The notes below the pieces were generated by a model that saw only the letters and a list, made by a program, of their open reading frames with translations, had not been told where the DNA came from and did not search any database. Below are positions 47,055 through 53,794 of a DNA stretch of 53,794 nucleotides, piece after piece. Location of the stretch: the IMG/VR virus record IMGVR_UViG_3300015360_000054, positions 1 through 53,794 of that record; one strand, given 5' to 3'. The position numbers and the translations under genes are program-made. Within the stretch, counting starts at the first letter, position 1; each line of letters begins with the position of its first letter. Source of the stretch: a virus (lineage: Duplodnaviria; Caudoviricetes).

Positions 47055-48995
47055 TTAAGCGGCAGCGTAACGGCGGCTAATAACGGCTTTTGCACCGTCA
47101 ATAAGCTGGTCGAATCCAACACGCTGAGTAGCAACTAGTTCAAGGTGCTGAGCGCGTGGGATGTACTGGCTTTCTAGTGTCACACCGCGAAGACGTGGTA
47201 CTAGGAAGTTACGAGCGTTAACCGCAACTGCGTGTGGAACAGAGACAGCTTTTGCTAGGAACTCGTCGCAAAGCATTACGCGTGATCCGTAGATATTACC
47301 AACTTGTCCAGTAAGTTTGGTAGCCTCAGCTTGTCCAACGGTATTAACGTCTTTCCATTCTGGGTCGTCAAGAAGGTTGTAATACTCATTCTCGTTAACT
47401 AGGAAGAATAGGTCACGTGGGTCAAGACCGTATTTACCCATTAGCTTACGCATATTTAGGAGGTCTTGTGCAGTTAGCGACTCAGAAGCTAGAGCAGTAC
47501 CAGAAGTAACTACAGAGCTGTTTGCGGTAGCAATAGTTGTAAGACCGTCAAACGATCCAAAAGTAGAGGTTCCGCGTAGCATAGCACGCTCTACCGCACG
47601 TGTGTGCGAACGAACCATTGCCTCTTGGATAAGGGGCATAACGGCAAGAATTGTGTCTTCTTCAGTTTCATTCGCTAGGTAGGAAAGAGACATAAGTTTC
47701 TTGGTAGAAAGGATTTTGCTTCCAAGGTCTACACCGCCGTATGGCGAACCTGCGACATCACCACGCTGGCTAAGGTTACCGTGTGGAGCGTCGTCCGCGG
47801 TGCTAGCTAGTTTCTTGGTAGCGATGAACTCAGCATACCCTGCGTCTGGAGCGATAGGAAGCACCATTGTAGCAGCTGTAAGTTGAATTTCACGGAAAAG
47901 TGGAGCTAGAATAAGTGCGTGCTGAATGTCGCGCTCGATAGAGGTGTTTACGATTGTCTCATAAACAGCGGTTTCTACTGCGGTAACTCCAACGCCGGAC
48001 ATAGAGTTAACTTTTTCAATAATACCTTTACCGTACTTCGTGTCCCAACCTTTTTTAAGGATTGCACCTAGTACAAAAGCGTCACGGAGCATTGGCTCAG
48101 CAGCTTGTTCCCAACCTTTCTGGCTAGCAGACTCGAAAGTGCGCTTAGAGTTCATGAAAGAATTGATTTCGGTTGTTTTTTCTTTGATTTCTGCCTGAAG
48201 AGTTTTGATTGTCTCAGCATTTTCAGATTTGATAGCATCAATTGCTGCAGTCATAAGCACTTGAGTACGATCAGTTACAGAAGTAACTACAGCAGCAGCT
48301 GTTTCCTTGGCATCGGTAGCAGCTTTTGCTACGCGGGCTGCTTCAGCTTTTTCTGCTACAACTTTTGCTTCTGTGGTGTCGTTAGATGCTTTCAGGGCTT
48401 CCTGAATCATCTTTAGAATTTCATCACGTTCCATATTGGATTTTTTTCCTTCCTCGGCCTTTACGGCTTTGGGCTTACCAGATAATTCATCTTCCCCTGG
48501 TAGTTTTGATTTAAATACTTCAAACTCATCTAAGCTGAAGCTCTTTACTACGCTAAACAAAGCACTGTGATTGGCAGGTATTGATACTACCGATACTTCG
48601 TATAATTCAGCGTCTTTAATAAGCAGACCACCAGTTTCCTTCACGTAGTCTGCATCTCGTATTCTAGCGCCTACAGAAAAAGCGGTGATAACACCTTCTT
48701 CAATTAATGCAGCTACCGGGTCAGATTTGCTAATTTTAGCAGTTATCTCTAACCCTTTTTCTACTACTTTAATTTCAGTACATTTTCCAATAGGACGGTT
48801 GCCGTTATGCTGGAACAAAATAATTGGGTTTTTACCGAAGTTGTCTAACCCACCCTTTGTCCACGCTTCTGCGGCTATAATGTCTCCACCGCGATCAACA
48901 TCGCTAGTAGAGGCCATCCCTCTTACGGTGATAAAGCGATCATCTGATACGCCTTTTTCAATAGTAGAGAGAAGTGTAAATAAATGTTTACGCAT
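47055..48995 (-). CDS. Prohead protease fused in frame to an HK97-fold major capsid protein (capsid portion from ATG 48434)
   Basis: Protease motifs GMAS...DR.GD, NPIILFQH, PIG, FSVG, EVSVVSIPAN; then a coiled-coil delta domain and a T5 pb8-like capsid. The ATG at 48995 overlaps the portal stop. Confidence 0.92.
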   Translation of the reverse strand: MRKHLFTLLSTIEKGVSDDRFITVRGMASTSDVDRGGDIIAAEAWTKGGLDNFGKNPIILFQHNGNRPIGKCTEIKVVEKGLEITAKISKSDPVAALIEEGVITAFSVGARIRDADYVKETGGLLIKDAELYEVSVVSIPANHSALFSVVKSFSLDEFEVFKSKLPGEDELSGKPKAVKAEEGKKSNMERDEILKMIQEALKASNDTTEAKVVAEKAEAARVAKAATDAKETAAAVVTSVTDRTQVLMTAAIDAIKSENAETIKTLQAEIKEKTTEINSFMNSKRTFESASQKGWEQAAEPMLRDAFVLGAILKKGWDTKYGKGIIEKVNSMSGVGVTAVETAVYETIVNTSIERDIQHALILAPLFREIQLTAATMVLPIAPDAGYAEFIATKKLASTADDAPHGNLSQRGDVAGSPYGGVDLGSKILSTKKLMSLSYLANETEEDTILAVMPLIQEAMVRSHTRAVERAMLRGTSTFGSFDGLTTIATANSSVVTSGTALASESLTAQDLLNMRKLMGKYGLDPRDLFFLVNENEYYNLLDDPEWKDVNTVGQAEATKLTGQVGNIYGSRVMLCDEFLAKAVSVPHAVAVNARNFLVPRLRGVTLESQYIPRAQHLELVATQRVGFDQLIDGAKAVISRRYAAA

Positions 48996-50184
48996 TTGGT
49001 CCCTCTTTAGGTCTGCCACCCTGTGAGGAGTCAACAGCCGATCCAGCAATGTTTACTGGGATTCTTAGTTCGTCCTGGCCATCAATATCTTCGTAGGCTA
49101 GGCCATTACGAGCTTCGTTTACAGTAATAATTCCGTTGTTCACTAGATTACCGTAGAAGGAAGCTTGTTCTTGTAGTTCCGGCTGAAGGCCGGGAATATC
49201 GTTGTCTGGCAATAGGCGATAAGAGAAGAATCTCTCGAAAGCTTTAAGAACTTTATCCACTAGCGGGATAACTGTCTCGATATAAAATAGTCTTTGGTTT
49301 GGGCGAATGTTGGCATTGTTACCACCTTCCAAAAGGATCGGAGGTATACCAAGCGCTGTTAAGATAGCGTCTCGCTTATTCTTTATTGAAGTTTCAAAAT
49401 CTAATTCCTTAAAGGAAGTGTTCGAAAGCTTGTCTAAATCTAGTCCGCCATCAAGAATCAGGGGACGTTTACCACCATTTGCTGGGCTATACGCACCGAT
49501 CCAGGACTCAATCATTTTCTCTTTAACCTTCTCACTGATGGAGTTAGGCGACTTAAGTACTAGGCCAGGCACTGCACCATTTTCAAAGAATTTATCTTGG
49601 AACTGTAACATGCGTGTAAGAAGTTGCATGTCTAGTAGCACTGGTAGTAGTCGTGGAGTTCCTCGGTAGATATTTTCTGCAGAGTTATCCTTAATATGTA
49701 CAACCTCGGTAGGCGCGTAATTAATAGTCTGATAACGATACCCTTTTATATATTCGGTAGTATCTGTTAAAATTTCCATCCCGCGCGCGGGTACGTGATA
49801 AATATGGGCGCCATCAAAATAAATAAAGGCGTTACCATTAAGTACCATATCGGCGTATAAGAGACGTCTAAACGTAGAGATATCCATAAACGGATTAGGA
49901 TCTGAGTTTAACAATCTCTTAACAGTGGCCTGGCGCAGGCCGGGTTTCTTAGGAGTAATGTTAGACTGATCAATACGGTCGTCTGAGACAATAATATCGA
50001 TCTGGCTAGCAGCATCTACAATCATGTTTACACCGCGGTTCACAATACCAAGTTTTTCGTAGTAAGCCACGAAGTTGGAAGGAACACTAGCAACAGAGGA
50101 TCCGTAATTAAGAGCAATTGTGCGCTGTGCCGGATTTAACTTTGTAAAACCAAGTGCAGATAGAGTTTTTTGTGTTATGCTCAT
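48988..50184 (-). CDS. Portal protein (T5 pb7/HK97-like)
   Basis: VNRGVNMIVD, PNPF, GNAFIYFDG, FFENGAVPG, LGIPPILL, TVNEAR. Confidence 0.94.
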   Translation of the reverse strand: MSITQKTLSALGFTKLNPAQRTIALNYGSSVASVPSNFVAYYEKLGIVNRGVNMIVDAASQIDIIVSDDRIDQSNITPKKPGLRQATVKRLLNSDPNPFMDISTFRRLLYADMVLNGNAFIYFDGAHIYHVPARGMEILTDTTEYIKGYRYQTINYAPTEVVHIKDNSAENIYRGTPRLLPVLLDMQLLTRMLQFQDKFFENGAVPGLVLKSPNSISEKVKEKMIESWIGAYSPANGGKRPLILDGGLDLDKLSNTSFKELDFETSIKNKRDAILTALGIPPILLEGGNNANIRPNQRLFYIETVIPLVDKVLKAFERFFSYRLLPDNDIPGLQPELQEQASFYGNLVNNGIITVNEARNGLAYEDIDGQDELRIPVNIAGSAVDSSQGGRPKEGPNA

Positions 50185-50202
50185 TTTTAAAAAACTCCTT
50201 TC

Positions 50203-50256
50203 ATGATTTTATTATAGCCCCTAGGAAATACTATGTCAAGAGAAATTTTTCCCAAA
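50203..50256 (-). promoter_or_regulatory. Consensus promoter for the portal-capsid operon
   Basis: TTTGGGAAAAATTT, TTGACA (50239-50234), 17 nt, TATAAT (50216-50211). Confidence 0.88.
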
Positions 50257-50257
50257 C

Positions 50258-51550
50258 CTAGAAGCCACTAAAGCCTGTGGTATGCGTGTAAAGTGCATAG
50301 CGAAGAGCATCAGCCATGTGACTGAACTCGTCATGTTTTGGCTTTTCCACATTGGTTGTTTCGGCCCACTTGTATTGTTCTAGCGTCTTAAGAAGTTCCA
50401 CACAAGATTGATCGACTATTAGGCGATTAGTTTCAAGTATCGAACCAACGTGCGAAATACCATCTAGTACAGACTTCTTTGCGTTAATTGTCGAGATACC
50501 GTAGATTGCCGCGAGGTCGGCGCGGAACTGAGCTGCCGCGGGGTCGGCATATATCATGTCTGCGTCATACTTATCAATTATGGGCTGCATGCCCGCAGCC
50601 TGCGCACGAGTATCTGCTTTCGCGGATAACCTCTCCGCGAAAGCATAGTACGTGTCTGAATTTCTATGATATCCAAGTATCACTAGGGCACATGGATCTT
50701 TATAACCCGCGTCTAGTCCACCAATCATGTCCATACCGGATCTATCCATCTCGGTAAGATCGCGAACACAAGTCTTGAAGTCGAACTGCCAAATACGACC
50801 CTCGAATACGGAAAAGTCAGCCTCATATTCTTGTCTAAATTCGGCAGTACTCATCTCGTTACGAGCTTGTTCTACGTCGTTTAAGTCAGCTCTAGGGTTA
50901 TCCTGATACGTAGCGTGTATAGACGCCCACTGAGGAAACAACGGGTCAAACCCACGTTGGTAGAAGTTATGAAACCAGTTATTACGTCCACGAGGCGTAC
51001 TAATAAAGATCGCTTTAGAATTAGGTTTATCTAGGGTGGGGCGCAAACGAACGTTAAACGCAGTCTCCCCTTCACGTGTTAGCGCAGCTTCGTCGAATAT
51101 AATAAGATCGTAGCTTCTACCAACTACAGAGTCTACCTGCGTAACAGCGCCGATACGGATAGTCGAGCCATTTACTAGCTCAATAAGGTTATCCTTGGCG
51201 TTGTCGCGACGAACCTCAATTCCAAAGAACGCAATTAGCTCGCGCTGCAACTCGAATGAGATCTGTGCTAGTCTGTAGTTAGGAGCCATAATTAGTACCT
51301 GCGAACCAGGTACTAACAAGACTAATTGTCCAATAACGTTAGCAATAAACGTTTTACCAACACGACGAGATATAGCCGCGGTGATAAAACGATATTGTGG
51401 GTCATTGATTGCATTTATAAGGGCAACTTGTGGCGGGTTGGAAGTTTTACCCAACATCGTCATGTATTCTTCTACATCTAACTTAATATAGCGTTTGTCG
51501 CCAAAGTCAACAATGTGATTAGTTAAAATATTATCTCTACTTACTAGCAT
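50258..51550 (-). CDS. terL: Terminase large subunit (T5-like)
   Basis: SRRVGKT, GRSYDLIIFDEAA, ISTPRG.N, FRQEYEADF, GLDAGY.D, SHMADALRY. Confidence 0.95.
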   Translation of the reverse strand: MLVSRDNILTNHIVDFGDKRYIKLDVEEYMTMLGKTSNPPQVALINAINDPQYRFITAAISRRVGKTFIANVIGQLVLLVPGSQVLIMAPNYRLAQISFELQRELIAFFGIEVRRDNAKDNLIELVNGSTIRIGAVTQVDSVVGRSYDLIIFDEAALTREGETAFNVRLRPTLDKPNSKAIFISTPRGRNNWFHNFYQRGFDPLFPQWASIHATYQDNPRADLNDVEQARNEMSTAEFRQEYEADFSVFEGRIWQFDFKTCVRDLTEMDRSGMDMIGGLDAGYKDPCALVILGYHRNSDTYYAFAERLSAKADTRAQAAGMQPIIDKYDADMIYADPAAAQFRADLAAIYGISTINAKKSVLDGISHVGSILETNRLIVDQSCVELLKTLEQYKWAETTNVEKPKHDEFSHMADALRYALYTHTTGFSGF

Positions 51551-51551
51551 T

Positions 51552-51989
51552 TTAGTTTGAATTGTTACCCAGCAGCACTAATTCCCCTTCTTCTTTACGA
51601 CGTTTAACAAGACCGTTAAGTTTCCTACCTCCGGCGAACACGTAACGTTGCATACCTAGATATGCTTTATTATAATTTTTATCTACAAGATGTTTAGCTA
51701 TCTGTGTAGAGCGCCCGTGTAAGGCCCCAGGTCCTAGGTTAAACACAAAGGATACCACACCCTCAAATACAGGCCCTCTAGACATTCCCGTGACAGCCGT
51801 GGCCGCCCAGCAAGCAGCTTTAACGTCGGCGTCAAATAAGGCCTGAGCTTGTTCAAGACTTATTGTACGTCCATTTAGTACATCGTGGCGTGTAACCGTA
51901 GAAATATGTCCCCAGCCGATTGTAGGAACTCCTACTGGGTCAAAATAGGCCTTTAGTCGTAGACCCTCATGTTTTTTGATTAAATTCAT
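51552..51989 (-). CDS. Endolysin, GH24 lysozyme
   Basis: EGLRLKAYFDPVGVPTIGWGH (E-x8-D-x5-T), FNLG, GL.KRR..E; GGAG SD before the ATG at 51989. Confidence 0.93.
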   Translation of the reverse strand: MNLIKKHEGLRLKAYFDPVGVPTIGWGHISTVTRHDVLNGRTISLEQAQALFDADVKAACWAATAVTGMSRGPVFEGVVSFVFNLGPGALHGRSTQIAKHLVDKNYNKAYLGMQRYVFAGGRKLNGLVKRRKEEGELVLLGNNSN

Positions 51990-52542
51990 GATCCCCAACT
52001 CCTATTATGTAGGCATTGCCCTGAGCGGTTATTGTAAATTTACGGCCTATAAAAGTTCCTGATACATTTGTAAAGGGGCTAGTAATAGGTTCTTTTACCA
52101 TCTGACCGTTTTGTGTTGCGTAAACCATCTCATCTGAAGTCGAATAGTCTAGGCCAAATATTGACTCGTTCTTTCCCTCTATGTTGGATGATGGGCCTCC
52201 TAAATACAAAAGTGCATAGCCTCTGGAAACTTTTATATATTCAAACTGGTTTTTAGAAAGGCGCTTTTTAAGAAACATAATGCCTGGGTCTGATAATACA
52301 ACGGTCTTTAATAGTTCTTCGGCGTTTTCTTGCGATTTAACTACTGACAACGCGTTCTCTAGTTCCTTTTGGGCTTTTTCGAGTCTTTCTTCGACGCGGT
52401 GTGAATATGCTACTTCACGTTCTTCAATTTCAGCCTTTTGGCCATGTTCCTCCTTATCGGAGATACGGAGTTGGGCCCAAATCCACGCGATGGCTAGGGC
52501 AATAGGTGTGAGCGTTTTAAGTATGTTTTCTAGATCGTACAT
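51967..52542 (-). CDS. Membrane-anchored coiled-coil protein with a PAS-like domain, in the lysis cassette
   Basis: N-terminal hydrophobic helix, heptad-rich helix, then LLKTVV.SDPGIMFLK..EYIKVS..Y...LG....IEGKN...F...DEMV...MVKEPI. Confidence 0.6.
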   Translation of the reverse strand: MYDLENILKTLTPIALAIAWIWAQLRISDKEEHGQKAEIEEREVAYSHRVEERLEKAQKELENALSVVKSQENAEELLKTVVLSDPGIMFLKKRLSKNQFEYIKVSRGYALLYLGGPSSNIEGKNESIFGLDYSTSDEMVYATQNGQMVKEPITSPFTNVSGTFIGRKFTITAQGNAYIIGVGDHEFNQKT

Positions 52543-52783
52543 AGAACGAGTATCCTGTAACTATGTTAAGGAATATGAACGTCTCTAGTATCCACCATTC
52601 TGAAAGCAAGGCGGTGAGCTCGTGAAATACCGGAGTGTCATATTTTAACATTAGTGCTAATAGCCCTGCAATGGCTACAGTTATATAAGTAATCCCCGAG
52701 CTCGCTGCCCAATACTCCTTACATTTGATTTGGGCGACCCCAGCTAAACATAGTGTGATTATCCATACAAATATCTCTATCAT
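52517..52783 (-). CDS. Putative holin (three hydrophobic segments)
   Basis: 88 aa, three hydrophobic stretches, basic C-terminus RSRKHT, upstream of the endolysin. Confidence 0.55.
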   Translation of the reverse strand: MIEIFVWIITLCLAGVAQIKCKEYWAASSGITYITVAIAGLLALMLKYDTPVFHELTALLSEWWILETFIFLNIVTGYSFYVRSRKHT

Positions 52784-53175
52784 TTGAGAAGTCTCTTCAT
52801 TAGCTCGCCGTAGTTACCGGAGCCAAACTCATTGATTTGAACGTTTGTTTGGCTGCTCGGGATTGAGCTCTTTTCTTCATCAATTCTCATCTGGTGAGCA
52901 AACTTAAGAAGATCTAGTAAGTCTTTTTCTGAATCATAAGATGTTGTGTCGATCTTGGTGTCTATCATTTTATCGAGAACTTGTGCTAGTTTAGACCTGT
53001 TCCGATACCCGGTGTCTAAATATACGTTCGTGATAAATCTTTTAACATCATTTTTTTCGAGAATTTCTTGCACCTGAAATAGAGGCATATCGAGCTGAAA
53101 CGCAGTCTCTTGTGCAGACTGCGTTTCGAGGTACGTTTGTGCCACTACGAGATTTTCGGGTACAATTTTCAACAT
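52780..53175 (-). CDS. terS: Terminase small subunit (T5-like)
   Basis: PE.L.VA..YL, EVK-like DVKRFI..VYLDTGYRNR, S.KD..DLL..AH.MR, NVQIN, NY..LM..L. Confidence 0.85.
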   Translation of the reverse strand: MLKIVPENLVVAQTYLETQSAQETAFQLDMPLFQVQEILEKNDVKRFITNVYLDTGYRNRSKLAQVLDKMIDTKIDTTSYDSEKDLLDLLKFAHQMRIDEEKSSIPSSQTNVQINEFGSGNYGELMKRLLK

Positions 53176-53180
53176 AAGAT

Positions 53181-53224
53181 ATTTTATCACGGAGGATATA
53201 CGTTGTCAAGGGGGATTTTTCCTA
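53181..53224 (-). promoter_or_regulatory. Promoter for terS-lysis-terL
   Basis: GGAAAAAT, TTGACA (53209-53204), 17 nt, TGn-TAAAAT (53186-53181). Confidence 0.82.
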
Positions 53225-53377
53225 TGTGTGTATTAGTTGGATTTGAAAAAAACCCAAAGTTTTACGTGGAGTGGGGTCCGCATGCTTTCTCCTTTAGGTA
53301 GTCTCTTAACCGCCCCTTTCAACCTTAAGTAGTAGTAGTATAATAGCTATTTTTCTAAAAAAACGACCTAAGGGGGG

Positions 53378-53406
53378 TTGACGTGGGCTCGGACCTAGGG
53401 TACATT
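53378..53406 (+). promoter_or_regulatory. Divergent promoter, possibly pre-early
   Basis: TTGACG (53378-53383), 17 nt, TACATT (53401-53406), A-tract upstream. Confidence 0.7.
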
Positions 53407-53431
53407 GGGACATCAACAGAGGACTACCACA

Positions 53432-53659
53432 ATGCAGACCATCCACGAAATGCTCGCCTCGAATGACACCGTTGCCGTGCTCTACCAGAAAGCCGATGGT
53501 AGCATCAAATCCTACCTCCTGACGCACACTATGGCCCCCTCCTATGAGGCGAAGACAGATCGCGTTAAGGTAGCACCGCCTGCCCACCTCGTGAACGCTT
53601 GGGACCTAACCTCCCAGAAGTTCGTTTCCCTGAAGATTGAAGGAATTGTTCAATGCTAG
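53432..53659 (+). CDS. Small SH3/Sm-like beta-barrel (WYL_2/DUF2693-like) protein
   Basis: AGAGGA SD; V.Y.KADGS.K....T...WDL....F.S..I..I pattern. Confidence 0.7.
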   Translation: MQTIHEMLASNDTVAVLYQKADGSIKSYLLTHTMAPSYEAKTDRVKVAPPAHLVNAWDLTSQKFVSLKIEGIVQC

Positions 53660-53739
53660 AAGCTCTTATCCTTGGCTGCGCAAACGGTATGTCTATCGGC
53701 CTTATCGCCTACTTCGTGCTAGACCGGCTTGACCCATGA
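53653..53739 (+). CDS. 28-aa hydrophobic peptide
   Basis: AAGGA SD; MLEALILGCANGMSIGLIAYFVLDRLDP; lies between the upstream ORF and a terminator. Confidence 0.55.
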   Translation: MLEALILGCANGMSIGLIAYFVLDRLDP

Positions 53740-53773
53740 GGCAAAGGGGGCTATACTGCCCCCGCCTTTTTTT
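53740..53773 (+). terminator. Intrinsic terminator
   Basis: GGC..GGGGGC-loop-GCCCCC.GCC followed by TTTTTTT. Confidence 0.7.
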
Positions 53774-53794
53774 GCCTAGCGCCGATGTGAGCGC

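Noticed and set aside
48996-49049. N-terminal extension of the protease ORF
   Set aside because: It lies within the portal gene; the ATG at 48995 overlapping the portal stop is the better start.
33892-50260. Genome-wide TAG recoding
   Set aside because: TAG ends terL (50258) and the tail terminator gene (44039) at expected lengths, and conserved genes are not fragmented under the standard code.
53306-53587. 93-aa minus-strand ORF
   Set aside because: It overlaps a + strand promoter and a better-supported + strand gene.
53770-53794. T5-type nick sites (GCGC)
   Set aside because: Only short GCGC matches at the window edge, and no nicking endonuclease gene between terL and portal; insufficient evidence.

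Overview
A 53.8-kb segment of a lytic tailed phage with a T5-like (Demerecviridae-related) genome plan; no host genes, tRNAs, rRNAs, CRISPR arrays or IS elements were recognised. On the + strand (1-23756) are the end of a collagen-like fibre gene, two paralogous putative structural genes, a small Trp-repeat protein, a glycosidase-like beta-propeller and a TPR-FkbM methyltransferase. A T5-syntenic replication block follows: split NAD ligase, D5, helicase, primase, PolA, D10-D15, with thyA, phoH, MazG-like and nrdAB genes inserted. The - strand (23794-53175) carries the virion/packaging block: TerS, a lysis cassette, TerL, portal, an in-frame protease-capsid fusion, T5-type head-tail and tube genes, tape measure, and a lambda-type (M,M',L,K,I,J) tail tip. 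A divergent + strand unit starts at about 53380. The most unusual elements are a TM-coiled coil-PAS-like protein between holin and endolysin, a collagen fibre/putative glycan-modification cluster, a protease-capsid fusion with an A7 slippery run, complementary gpM paralogues, and several regulatory or recoding signals. All family assignments come from motif recognition and synteny by eye; no database search was run.
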